A DNA stretch of 60,493 bases, the filler included, from Stramenopiles sp. TOSAG23-3 (Eukaryota), in assembly GCA_900128585.1 (NCBI GenBank). It is 13 parts of 13 records of this genome, joined end to end, with 100 filler letters (N's around TTAATTAATTAA, not from the genome) between each part and the next. Parts side by side here need not be neighbours in the genome. Positions count along the whole stretch, not along the records: positions 9,351 to 13,923 come from LT643776.1; positions 14,024 to 18,591 come from LT643777.1; positions 18,692 to 23,258 come from LT643778.1; 10 more parts are not named here. One strand, 5' to 3'. Every line of letters begins with the position of its first letter. The stretch's first letter is position 1. This document shows positions 9,351-21,600 of the stretch, piece by piece. A program made the position numbers and the translations under genes. Under the pieces are notes generated by a model. The model was not told the DNA's origin. It did no database searches and was given only the letters and a program-made list of their open reading frames with translations.

Positions 9351-12050
9351 GAGCCTTACCTTTCTGATATAACATTAGCTTGGTTTGAGGATACGCGACA
9401 GTACATTGTCCGAAAAGACAAGAATGGTAATTTTGCTGTGGGTGGTCGACTTCTAGATAAAACTGCTAAAGAAGAAAAAAATGCAGATTCAAGTCTTTTT
9501 TCTAGCGATACTAAGACTGGTGTTGAAACTGCTAGAATTCGTACACCTGGTTATTTGCGGTGGGGTCGACACCAGGGATGTACTTTTGTAAATAGTAATA
9601 ATCCTGTTGAAGATTGGAGTTCTGAATATGTTTGTAAGGATTTAAGTGATCCAAATGCAACTGGGTGTACTTCTGATAATAGAATGAGTGCACGATGTAA
9701 TGTATTTCGTTGGCCTAATGGTGATTTTCAAGCACCGGAGAATTTTTCTTCACCTGGTGGTAGTTCACCTACGGCGCCTCTTAAAATCTATAGGAATCCA
9801 GATCATCCTGCATTACCCTCTTGGTATAGATATTATGGCTCTGGAGATAGTGTCGGTGGATTTTCAGATAGCATGGATTATGTTCCTGTTCGTGTAGGAT
9901 ATTGGAATTGTCAAGATGAAAAACCAAGCTCAACATCAAATAAATTAATGAGTGCTCCAAATGTAAAGATGGATTTCTCAAAATTATTTTCTACATTGAG
10001 TACTGATATTGAAAAATTTGGTGGACAGAGTCATTGTAAGAACTGTAGATGTTTTCAATCTTCATTAGTAGAACTAGGATCACCTAAATTTTCACCTACA
10101 ATTGCGTCATATGGACTATGTTATGCGATGAATTGTTTTACTCCAACATATTTACAAGTTATGATACGCAATAGGTTTGGGAAAGCTTGGTATCAATGCC
10201 CCTCAGGCGGTGGAAAGATTTTTATTCCTGGATTTACAGGATCTTTCATGTGTCCTATACCAAAGCAATTCTGTGATATGGAAGATACCTCTGGGACTCT
10301 TTATGGTGAATCTTCAATCTTACTGGAATGGATTTTATTTTCGGTAATTGTAATTATTCCATTTTTATTTTTCATTGTGCTCTGTTGCTGTCGCAGAGTT
10401 CGTCGGCCTCTTTCGATCCGGATGAAACTTTGTTGTGGGCTTGATGTGAAACATGGTGAGATTTCTGATAGTAGTACTTATCAACAATGGCGTGAAAAAA
10501 TGGAAGTATGGAAAATTCGACACAAAGATGGTTGCAGTTGTCTTTCGTGGACTCTCTTCATTTTAAATATTGTATGGCTACTTTTTGGCCTTGTGCTGAT
10601 AATATTGATTATACTAATTTCGAGGGATGAAGTTGAAACATGGTCAGGTTCTTTTCGACAAATACCAGTGCTTAGTTTTTTTGCTTTTTATAATTTAGTG
10701 TATTCTATCCTCGGTATCTTGGTCATCGCTGATTCAAAACCAAATCTGAAAACTCTTTTGTATTTCTACATTAATATTGTATCACTGCTAGGCATTGTAT
10801 CTATTTTAATAATTTTCCTTGCTTTTAAAGATTTCTTTTCACGTGCTATAGTTGAGTACTGGGAAGCCTATAAATACTTATATGCGAAAGAGGAGTATCA
10901 TGTGTTAGAATATGGTGCTGCTTTAGACAAATTTATAGAAGAATCGAGTCATTGGTTTTATACATTGATTTCTGTTGCTTCTCTAACTTTATTGACTATT
11001 GTGCTTGCTGTTACAGTATCTGCTCGCATTCTTACATTCAAAAATTTGGTACTTAATTTGATGATGGTATCCAATATAATAACATTCTGCTTTGGATTAA
11101 TAGTTACTTCATGGTCTAGTTATTTGATATCAACTGAAACAATACCAACTTGGATTATGATTATGCTTCTTGGTCCAGCGAGTGTGTTGATGATTACTTC
11201 TTTAATCGGATGGTATGCACATTATATGACTGCTCGATATCCTCCTATTCCACGAAAAGATAAAGATGGAAATGATTCTAGTGTTATAGAGACACGTGGC
11301 ACAACTGGTCGTAAAATTCTCTTGTGGTTCAAATGGGTAGAAATAATATTTGGAATACTTCTATTTGGTGTTGCACTTTCAGTATTATTAAAGATTGACA
11401 TTGTAAAAACAGCTGTTGCAGATATGTCTGATGAAGATCTTTCTAATCTTGCAAAAGTTCTTGAGTTTTCGGGAACTCGAGATGACTATAGTGATTATAT
11501 TGTTGGTTCTCTTGTAACATATGTATACTTATCACTTGTTGCTGGGGTGATGGTATTTTTTGCTGGTATTGGATCATGGAAGGCACTTGCTCTTTATCGC
11601 GTACGTCATCAGAGGGAACTTATGTATGATCGAAAAGTTAAAGCCCATAATTTATACAAGTTACCTCCCCCTGCCCCTCCTGGATTTTCTTTTCTTGATC
11701 TTTGGGCAGCTGCAAAGTTAGAGAAATCTAATAGCATGCGTGGGGAAGGCGATGATCCTCTGAAGGCATCGGCTCTAGATAAACGCCGTCTCACACAAAT
11801 TCGTAAAAGCAACTCTGCATGTTTCCCTATTGCTGAAGTTGAAATGGTAGACAAAAATAATGAAAAACTGGGTTCAGTTGAAGCAAATAATAGGTCTATG
11901 TACTTTTCAAATCCATCATATAATATTGACATCGATGAAGATGATGTTGAAGAAAAAGAAGATAAAAAGGTTGATGTGTGCGAAGTAGCGAAAAGTAATA
12001 AGAGTAATACAAGTTCGGATGTACATGAATTTGGAGATGCAGATGCATAA
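9351..12050 (+). CDS. Leishmanolysin (peptidase M8/GP63)-like C-terminal half fused to a polytopic membrane region, 5'-truncated
   Basis: Frame open from contig start: LSDITLAWFEDTRQY, LRWGRHQGCTF, GCTSD, MDYVP, CRCFQSSL, CYAMNC, GSFMCP; followed by about 9 hydrophobic helices; HExxH not within contig. Confidence 0.8.
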   Translation, partial: EPYLSDITLAWFEDTRQYIVRKDKNGNFAVGGRLLDKTAKEEKNADSSLFSSDTKTGVETARIRTPGYLRWGRHQGCTFVNSNNPVEDWSSEYVCKDLSDPNATGCTSDNRMSARCNVFRWPNGDFQAPENFSSPGGSSPTAPLKIYRNPDHPALPSWYRYYGSGDSVGGFSDSMDYVPVRVGYWNCQDEKPSSTSNKLMSAPNVKMDFSKLFSTLSTDIEKFGGQSHCKNCRCFQSSLVELGSPKFSPTIASYGLCYAMNCFTPTYLQVMIRNRFGKAWYQCPSGGGKIFIPGFTGSFMCPIPKQFCDMEDTSGTLYGESSILLEWILFSVIVIIPFLFFIVLCCCRRVRRPLSIRMKLCCGLDVKHGEISDSSTYQQWREKMEVWKIRHKDGCSCLSWTLFILNIVWLLFGLVLIILIILISRDEVETWSGSFRQIPVLSFFAFYNLVYSILGILVIADSKPNLKTLLYFYINIVSLLGIVSILIIFLAFKDFFSRAIVEYWEAYKYLYAKEEYHVLEYGAALDKFIEESSHWFYTLISVASLTLLTIVLAVTVSARILTFKNLVLNLMMVSNIITFCFGLIVTSWSSYLISTETIPTWIMIMLLGPASVLMITSLIGWYAHYMTARYPPIPRKDKDGNDSSVIETRGTTGRKILLWFKWVEIIFGILLFGVALSVLLKIDIVKTAVADMSDEDLSNLAKVLEFSGTRDDYSDYIVGSLVTYVYLSLVAGVMVFFAGIGSWKALALYRVRHQRELMYDRKVKAHNLYKLPPPAPPGFSFLDLWAAAKLEKSNSMRGEGDDPLKASALDKRRLTQIRKSNSACFPIAEVEMVDKNNEKLGSVEANNRSMYFSNPSYNIDIDEDDVEEKEDKKVDVCEVAKSNKSNTSSDVHEFGDADA

Positions 12051-12097
12051 TATAAAAATAAATCATTCCATATTTTTTATATTATATTCTTCTCCAA

Positions 12098-13921
12098 TTA
12101 AAAACTATGCATATCTCGAACCAAATCTGCATATCCAAATTCATTTTCTTTCTTTTTCTTCTTTAATAACATATTCTCTCGTTCAACTATTTTTGGTGCC
12201 GGAATTCCAAGTAGAAGTGGATACAGCTCATTTCGCTCCGCTCTACATTTATCAATATCTTGATCCCAAGCTGTGTTTGAAAGTATTCCAATGACTTTTT
12301 CAAAAACACTTTCATTTTCAAGAAATTCAGGGTCGGCGCATAATGCTTCAAATAACTTTTGTGCAGAAAGACGTCGAATTTTCGGAAAACTGTTCAACAT
12401 AAATACAAGAAGACCTCTCACGGCTTCTGACCTTGCTGGGCCAGGAAATGATAATAGAGCATGAAAAGTACTTACAACAGCAATCAATTTCAGAGCATCA
12501 CGAGCATGTGAATTGACCTCATTTTTTATGATATCTCTGAGATTTTCCCAGAATGAAAAAGGAGGATACAATGCATTACACCATCCTTTATCCATTATCA
12601 ACGTTAAAGTCTGTAGCACTGGAATTATCACACGATTATCACCTGCATGTTGCCTAAGCACCGTTAATAAGTCCATACTCAATGCTTGTACCGCTTCAGC
12701 ACCTTCGGATTTGTTACTTATATTTTCACAATCTCTAGTCCATGCGATAAATGCTTCTGATGCGGCCGCCACGGTTGTTCGTGTATTTACCAGTCCACAA
12801 CTGATAGCAAGTCCCGATGCAACTGTAAAGCGATACGAAGGAAGATGTAAAACACGCTGCATATATGGTGTTGTTTGTGCCATAGAGGACCAATTAATTG
12901 TATCATTTAGTTTTTTCGGAAATATTCTCTCTAGGGCCAATCTATCTTCAAGGTCTGGAAGAAATGACGGATTAGACATATGAAGTAGATGATGAAATAC
13001 TTTACATGCTGATTCACGAACACTATCAATCTTTTCACAAGCCTGTCGTAAGAGACCATCCATCAATTTCTTACTCATCGCACCCGTGAATACTACACGT
13101 CGAGATATATTCTGTGTGCCACTCAAACTTTTTTCAGGTAATGTTTCAGAGGAGTTGAAATCAATCATATCTCTATCAATAACAGTAACACCATTTTCAA
13201 AATGGGTCGCACCTTCTTGAGGGCTCTTAAAGATAACACGACAACGAGTGCCCTCGGCTAACCAACGTTGGACTTTGGCTACACCCCATTTAGTTTTTAC
13301 AAGCTCCTCTTGATGAGCACTATTGGAATTATTTAACTCTGCACCAACCAACATTGTAACTAGTTTTTCTAAACCAATAATGGCGGCCTTGCGTACAAAT
13401 GAACCAACATCGCCACGATCGGTTACACTATAATCATTTAGACAATTCATTAAAGAATCGAAAGCTCTGATTCCCTGTGTAGGCGAAAGACCGCCGACGC
13501 CAACGCCGAGTTCACAACAGAAACCTACTAAACCACGAATAGCATCTCGTCTAGATTCTGCATCTTGAAGATCTATTTCAATTTCTAATTGTGTGGCCAA
13601 TATAAGTGTAGCCAATACTTTTTCTACAACATCTGAGTCATGTGCAATGAGATTGCGTGGAAGAGCGCCAAGACCAAGACTAGCTCCTCGACGAACTGAC
13701 GTGACTTCCTCTGACACTTGCTCGATAAGTGGTAAAACTACGACAGGTATTAGTTCAGCAGAATCCTTCGAATCACACGTATTAAAGTATTCATGCGAAA
13801 AAGCTCCTAAAGCTTCCACTGCAAGCGTTTGTGTTTCTTCACGAGCTTGACACAAATTTTCAAAAATGCTTTTCAGTAAACGTAATTGAGCACGTCGACT
13901 TAATGGATGGCTTGCCTCAGC
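12098..13921 (-). CDS. TBCD: Tubulin-specific chaperone D, C-terminal part, 5'-truncated
   Basis: DAESRRDA, LNDYSVTDRGDVGSFVRKAA, RQACEKIDSVRESA, DNRVIIPVL, FPKIRR, YADLV C-terminus. Confidence 0.9.
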   Translation of the reverse strand, partial: AEASHPLSRRAQLRLLKSIFENLCQAREETQTLAVEALGAFSHEYFNTCDSKDSAELIPVVVLPLIEQVSEEVTSVRRGASLGLGALPRNLIAHDSDVVEKVLATLILATQLEIEIDLQDAESRRDAIRGLVGFCCELGVGVGGLSPTQGIRAFDSLMNCLNDYSVTDRGDVGSFVRKAAIIGLEKLVTMLVGAELNNSNSAHQEELVKTKWGVAKVQRWLAEGTRCRVIFKSPQEGATHFENGVTVIDRDMIDFNSSETLPEKSLSGTQNISRRVVFTGAMSKKLMDGLLRQACEKIDSVRESACKVFHHLLHMSNPSFLPDLEDRLALERIFPKKLNDTINWSSMAQTTPYMQRVLHLPSYRFTVASGLAISCGLVNTRTTVAAASEAFIAWTRDCENISNKSEGAEAVQALSMDLLTVLRQHAGDNRVIIPVLQTLTLIMDKGWCNALYPPFSFWENLRDIIKNEVNSHARDALKLIAVVSTFHALLSFPGPARSEAVRGLLVFMLNSFPKIRRLSAQKLFEALCADPEFLENESVFEKVIGILSNTAWDQDIDKCRAERNELYPLLLGIPAPKIVERENMLLKKKKKENEFGYADLVRDMHSF

Positions 13922-14025
13922 CANNNNNNNNNNNNNNNNNNNNNNNNNNNNNNNNNNNNNNNNNNNNTTAATTAATTAANNNNNNNNNNNNNNNNNNNNN
14001 NNNNNNNNNNNNNNNNNNNNNNNAA

Positions 14026-17000
14026 ATTGTAATTATTGCCGAAAATAAAGGCTGGGAGACTGTGTCCGTCATTGAAAGCCCAGTAGATCTGGAAACACAC
14101 CCTTGCTCGAAGTGTTTCGGCTTTGCCCTATATTCTGCCAGTGGGATTTTAGCTGTCGGGGCTCCCTTTTTGAATGTGTCGCACCTTACCGGGAAACACC
14201 AGGGCAAGGTGTTCTTGTACAATGTTTCTGACGTCTCGAACCCTAACGGTCCCTTTGTGATTAATCCACATGCTGACCTGGTGACCCGAGCGGAACATTC
14301 GGAAACCGGCTCCACGCTCGGCGTTCAATTTGGGACATCGCTTTTTATCAGCGATTCCTTACTCACAACGTCGAAGTTCTCTGTATTTCTTGGCGTAGGT
14401 GCACCAGGAGCCAACGGTGTCATGATGTATTTTTTGGAAGGTGCCTATGACGGCAGCGACGCGACCACCATGTTTGAAAACAAGGAAGAAGTTTTTGTCG
14501 CGGGTTTTCGTTTGCAATTGGACCACGACACGGGGGATGCAACGTCTTGGGATTACCATGGTGAACGGTTGATGATAGGGGCACCGGACGCAGACAACAT
14601 TGACACATACAGTGGTAGCGAAACCAAGTACGGGCAAGACGGAAGGTTGTACTTAAAAACAATGTGCCAGCCGAACAGGCATCGATTTTCCCCTAGCATT
14701 TACTCGTATATATATACCTGCAAAGATTGCGCTAGCGGTAAATATTCGCATGGGCTGGCTTCAAGCTCTTGTAAGTCCTGTTCGAGTTCGACTGCAAACA
14801 TGCCCGCGAATGCGGAATGGGGTGGTAGTGGAAAAGGTTGCATATGGGCATGCAAGCGAGATTTCTTTGGACCGCAGTGCGAAACCTGCGCAGAGTATAT
14901 GCTTCCCGAGCAACAGCCACCTTCGAATACAGAATGGGCTTCTGTTGATGGGAAATGCGTGTCCGTTTGCCTTGAAGAATTTGTACGGTCAGGAGATGGC
15001 CCCAGTTGTGTTAGGAAAGCTGCGCCTAAAAATTTAACAATTGCTTCAATTTCTTGGAGTTCACTTGCCTTGGAATGGAATGATGCGTTTTCCTCGGGCC
15101 AGTGCCCCGAATCATTTGTTTCGGTAGTCATTTTTTCTGTAGCAAGGGGCAATGCTGGGCCGCTTTCGTACGTGGAGAATAGAACCTTGCTTAGATCTTA
15201 TTGCCGCATAAGCGAGAAAAAGTCGGGCGTGCTAATCGATCGACTCCTTGGCAATGCACGGTATAGATTTTTTGTTAGGGAAGGAACCAAAGGTGTTTTA
15301 TCAAACAGTACGCGGGAAATAGTGACTCTGCCCCCGCGACCCCCATCAACACCCCTCGATATAAATGTGCTGTCGGCAGCAGGCGGTACTCTATCTCTGG
15401 CTTGGTCAAGCCCGGAAGACAACGGTGGGTCCCCAATCTCTAATTACACTGCTATTGTTTGTCGTGTTAATGGAATCGCGGGCAGTTGCGTTCGCAATAC
15501 AACCAGAAGTGCTTCCATTAATACAATTATTATTCGAGGCCTACGTGCCAAACACACTTACACGTATCAAGTTGCTGCAATGTCTCAGCTAGGAGGGTCC
15601 TTGGGAGAACTTTCCTCGTTTTTAATAATAGAGATGGGCGATGCAACAGTTCCATCCGCTCCTGGGCAACTTCAATTTGATTCAGCGACCTGCGAATCTT
15701 TAATTGTGCGAGCCTCACCACTTGATATATATTCCGATGGGGGCTCAACGCCATTTCGGTATAGCATCCGTATCGTGAAAGCTCCGAGTCAAGACTTGGT
15801 TCGCTTGGAACATATTGCAAATGTTAGCGCTTCCGGCATCGTTGAATTAAAGCGACTAAGCTCGGGGGAAAGTTATACATTTTCCATTTATGCAGAAAAT
15901 GTTGCCGGCGAAGGTGCTAGTAGTGTTAATTCCGCCGTTGAAGAGGTTGCGTTGCAGCCCTGTTTACCGCACCCACCGACAAACTTACATTTTGGAGGTG
16001 CGTATCCCGACGGGTTCCAGGCCTGTTTTGCCCGTCCTAGCTATGATGGAGGAAAACTTATTCTTTCATACGTTGTCTCGGTTTACAATGCAAATAACAA
16101 TGCTCTGGTAGACACTAAAAACATATTGATCCAAGACTCAGAACAGGAGCGTGAGCGCTACAACATAACAAGATGCTTTGACGTCATTAAGCTCAATGGA
16201 AACACAAAATATTTCTTCAGAGTTCAAACAAATACATCGTATGGGCTAAGCATCGAAAGCCAGGTTTCTCCAGAAGTTAACACGCTGCAGCCCGTGGTCC
16301 CGCTTTGGGGTAATGCAGCGAAATTAAGATTGGCAAATGATAACTATGGGGGAAGAATAAAAGTAACGTGGGATAAACCACAGCGGGACGGGGGCTCGCA
16401 AATATTGTACTATAGAGTCCAATGGAAAAACCAAGGTGGAAATGAGTGGACTGTAAGCAATGGAGGTGGCAACACAGCTCTTATGGACACAATTATATAT
16501 GGCCTGATTGCTGGCAGTTCGTATGTGGTCCAATTGTTTGCAGCTAATGCCGTCGGCACTAGCATTACCAGCTTGGAAGAATCTATCACTGCCGGGATCA
16601 TATATCCGGCTTTCCCTCCAAATTCTATTTCATTGATTGATATACAGTCGAGCTCCGCGAATATTTCATGGGTTCCACCAAGTGTGTATTACTGGGGCGG
16701 AGCGCTGCTGGATGGGTTTCAAATAGTTGTTAGAAGTAGCAGCGGGTTGGCCGAAAGCTGGTCCTTCTTTGTGCCTGCTTCACAGAACAGCTTTGTGGCC
16801 ACTGGTTTGAGTGGGTCCCACGAATACAGAATAACAATTGCATCATTGTCAAATTCACGTGCACTTCTTGGTAATATGTCGGATCCCATAGTGTTCACAA
16901 CATCACCGCCAAAGGAACCAAATGCGCCCACAGAAATACATGCCAACGATGCAGTGCTTGGCAGTGGCCACGTTCATTTGTGGTGGCTGCCGGTCGATGA

Positions 17001-18591
17001 TGATGGTGGTCGCCCAGTGAGGAGTGTGAATGTTTATGCCGCGCGAAAATCTGGTCTCCGATTTGCAATCCAGAAGATTGCATCACAGTACCTATCGGCA
17101 ACATCTGATCGAGCAGTGACCGTGCATGGACTGCTCGCAAATACGACATATTTTTTCCTCGTTCGGCTTGTGAACGATATTGGGGCGAGTGAAAACAGCT
17201 CGCACAGTAATTGGGTTACCACAAAAAATCAAGCCCATCCTGGGACAGCAGTACTTTCAGTGTTGGAAACCAATAGATCAGCCATTCGGGCGTTTTACAG
17301 CCTACCGCTGGACTTTGGTGGTGCTCGCACTAGCCAGGTGTATCTAATAATTAAGTATATGAGAACCGTGGGAGGGATCGTCAAAGAAACTTGCTATTTA
17401 AAGGTTGTTCCGGGAAAGGGCCAATATTTTGACATACCGGACTTGAAACCGGGTTCACGCTACCTTTTGACTCCGACTGTTGCTGCACTAGGCCACCCAG
17501 TCCAGTCCCTGTCGACTTACACCAACGAGAGTACACTGTATCTTAGCGACCCAGGTATGTCTATCGCGGCATACACTGGAACAAATCCCTCGATAAGTCT
17601 TTACCCACTAGGAGAAGGAAATGCGACTGTCAGCCTGATTTCAGGTCTTCTCCCTACCAGGGTTGGTTATGGGACAATTTCGTTAACATGGGATAACACT
17701 GTTTCGAGCGGTTTCTCGTATAAATTGAGCTGTATCGGGAGCAATGGCTTATCTCACAAGTACGAGAATATTCTGGAGAAAAATTTCACAATATCTAGTC
17801 TGCAACCCCAAACCTCCTACACATGCTGCGTTGTATCAATTGCGAGCAACGGTGACATTGGGAGCCCAGACTGCAAGGGTCTGACTGCACCGATCATTAC
17901 CAAGATTGAATCTCCCCCGGCTGCCGTGAAAAAAGTCAATGTTACTGCGCACGTGAGGAGCAGCGAGTTGGTCGCTACATTCGTTCTACCACCAAAGATT
18001 AATGGCATGAAAAATGAATTTTATCGCATAAAAATATATGAATGTCATGCCAATGATGCTGAATGTGCTTTCAGATGCGGAGGGTCCCAAGAGAGACCTA
18101 CACGAACAACTGTTCTTCGCGCAAATGAAACAGGTAAAGAGACTTCTACTACTTTGCACGTTCCGGGGGTCATCGCTGGTTATTTTTATGCGTTTAAAGT
18201 TGCTGTTAGAAACGGGGTGCCAATATACAGTGAAGACAGCCCATGTTCCAATACATTTCAAAACGGTAAGGGTGAAGTATCGTCGAAGCCTGTGCTACTT
18301 CAAGCCCTCGGGGTTACTCCTGGTTCTGTCAAATTACGTTGGAAACCACCAAAATATCCGGGTGGGGTTAGCGTGTACAATATCTCTTACGTGGTGAAGT
18401 GCTGGCCTGCCGATAATCCAAACACAGTCGAAAATCGGACTGTTACGTGCAACAACAAGACTAGTGTAGTCCTCCCCAAGCTAATTGGAGATACAGAGTA
18501 CCGTTGCAACGTTCTTCCTGTCACCACCTTTGGAATTGGGTCCTACTCTGATAGTGTTGTTTTCAACACCTTGACGGCGACATTGCCTGAG
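14026..18591 (+). CDS. Large extracellular protein: FG-GAP (integrin-alpha-like) repeats, Cys-rich repeats and more than 8 fibronectin type III domains; truncated at both ends
   Basis: FG..L...LAVGAP / LGVGAPG / LMIGAPD repeats; CKDCASGKYS; FN3 signatures W..PEDNGGSPISNY, L..G.SY.F.I.AEN..G.G. Confidence 0.85.
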
Positions 18592-18691
18592 NNNNNNNNN
18601 NNNNNNNNNNNNNNNNNNNNNNNNNNNNNNNNNNNTTAATTAATTAANNNNNNNNNNNNNNNNNNNNNNNNNNNNNNNNNNNNNNNNNNNN

Positions 18692-21600
18692 GGCCGTCCC
18701 ATCGCAGGCACTGCTCAAAATATCCATGTTCATCCCGGACGCGTCAGTGTCCTGGCCGTCGCACAAACCAGCAGACCTGAGGCACGGTACTAATATGTAT
18801 TTTTCAGTGGCACCGTCACATGTTATGGACCCTCCGTGATAATTGTCAATACAACCGTGGTCGCAATCACTGTCGGCAACAGTACCGTCGCACTGGTTCG
18901 GGGCCATTGGTTTCATATTGTTCGCGCGAACTGTGGGCTCGGCGTCGTCGCAAACTGCAGCTGCGGTGCACGGGCCCACTCGAAAGACCGCGTTGCCGTT
19001 TTCGGCCAAACACACTATAGATCCACCGGAATATCCCGGGACACAACGGTATACACTGCAGGAGTCCCCAACTCGCGTTCCTTTGCATGACGTCGAGTTC
19101 AAATTGTCCAGCATGTTCTTGCCTGCGACAAGCGGCACAACGTTATCACAGAAACCATCGATTGGCGTGCAGACAGAAACAACATACTGCCCTGTGGAAC
19201 TATTGCAGGTGACAGAGCCCCCTTCGTACCCAGGCTTGCATGTGTGTGCACATTGCCCATTCGCAATGGTGCCGTCACAATGGTTGGGATTCATCTCCAC
19301 CATATGATCAGATTCGGAAATAGACGGTTCCACAGCATCGCAGTGACCAACGCTCTCGACACAGCCTTCAACATTGTATAGGCCTGTTTCTCCACTGCAC
19401 GTAACCGAGCCCCCAGAGTACCCCGATTCGCACGAAACGTCGCACTGCGCCCCGGCGTATGTACCATCGCACCCATCGGCGCTTACCGAGTCCATGTGCG
19501 CCCCACTCAAATTTGGTTCTGCAGCATCGCAGAACCCCTCTACAGGCAGACAGGGGAAAACGTCGTATTGGCCGCTTGCACCATTGCACGTAATCGACCC
19601 TTGCCGATGCCCACTCCTGCACGCAAAATTGAGGCAGTCTTCACCAGCGATAGTGTTGTCACATTGGTTTGGCGATAAAGTTTCCATCAGTTTACCGCTA
19701 ACATCAGGCTCGGCATCGTTGCACGCTGCCGTGCCAGCGCACTTCGTAACAACAAAGCTGCCGTCTCCTGTGCAGGTGATAGACCCCCCAGTGTACCCTG
19801 TCTGGCAAGAAAATGACGCGCATTGCGCATCGACGATGGTGTTGTCACAAGCATTGCCAGCAACACTGTTCATGAATTTTCCGGTGACGTCAGGCTCATT
19901 GTCAGCACAGTGTTGGGGAATCCCTACGCATCCCGTGACATCGTAGCTTCCCGTCCCACCATTGCACACAATTGAACCGGAATTGTACCCCGGCTTGCAA
20001 ACGTGGGAGCACGGCTTACCCGCTAGTGTCCCGTCGCAACCATTTGCACTTATGGGTTCCATATTCCTGTTGAATAAACCAGGCTCATCGTCGTCACACG
20101 CGTAATTAGGCGTGCAAGCCGTCACATCGTATTGGCCTGTTCCTACATTGCATCTGATCGAACCACCTGCGTACCCAGTGGTACAACTCACGGCATCGCA
20201 CAGCTCTCCAGCAAGCGTGGTGTCGCAAAAATTTTCACTGACTGGGCCCATAAATTTTCCAGTGACGTTAGGTTCAGCATCTTCACACCCGCGTGGACCC
20301 CACGTGCACTTATTTTCTTTAAGAGCCTCCGGGTCTGAGCACGTGGCGGCGTCGCCTGCGAACGAATGCTTTCCACAGCTGCAGCCGCCACTCGTGGCAT
20401 TGCTCTCGGTCTTAACACTTCCGGGCGATGCAGGGTTTCCCAGTTCCTCAATCAATACCTTCCCTTTAAATGCCGGAGAAGACGTGTACACACTGTTCGC
20501 TATCCACACGTGTTTTCCATCTGGGCTGCACTCCTTGGTTGGCGTGGTCGGCACTGCCCCAAAAGTCTGTGGGTATATCACCTTGTTTACGTTGCAATCG
20601 ACGAACGTGTACGTGTCATCACCGTAACCCCCCTCTCGACCAACCCGCCCTACGTTATTAGTCTCTGTGAATTTCCATCCATTCCCAACACCAGATGGGC
20701 GCAAAAGTCTTTTTCGGCCCGTTGCTGCAACGGTGGTGTTCGATTCATACACGAGAGCGCCATTAAACGTCCCTGTTTTAAAATAGAAGCCAGAGCTGTC
20801 ATACTTGGACTCCGCATCTACGAAGGTAACACGGAGGCCCTCGTTCTCGGGGAAGTAGCACGCCTTTGAGCCGTTGTAGTTGGGAATGGATTCGTAGCCT
20901 TGACCACATTCATGGCATTTCTTGCAGTGTGACGACGAAGAACTTTGAGGTGGCAAATCTGCATAAGAGCTCTCACCGCATTCAAGAATCTCACACCCCG
21001 TCGAGGTTAGGTTTAGGGTGCTGGCACCCGACACCACCCCCAGGTCGAAGGTAGTGACTAGCCACCCAATCGATTTTTCGTGCTGACCAACGTTTAATTT
21101 GTCACCAGTTGCACCGAGTGTCATGGTGACGGTCACCTCTTCGTTCATCTCATTCCCCCCTTTACACTTTAACCATTTAAGACCCGGCAGCGCGGTCGGG
21201 TCTACACTGTCCTCGTACACAATATTGGTCACGCAACTATAACCGTAGTTACTGAATCCATTGTATGACAAAACGTACTGCCACACATCACTGGCTTGGT
21301 TACCACTTGCTTGGTACGAAGGCTTATTACAGTACCAGAAGGTACAATGGAACATGGCCACGTGGGCTTCCCAAGTGTGGCCCTTAAACACGTAGTGCGG
21401 ATATTTGCCAGCCTTGAATTCCATCTTATTTGTTCCAAAATTATACTCGTAGTACCCTAAATCTTGGAACGTGTAGTCGCCGTCATCGGCCCACCAGTTG
21501 CCCGTGCCAGTTACCTTAAAGGAGCTAGGATAAGGAGTTGGTTTGCAAACATCGGTCAACTCTCCTACGGCAGAGATTAGGGCATTTGAACTGTACATCG

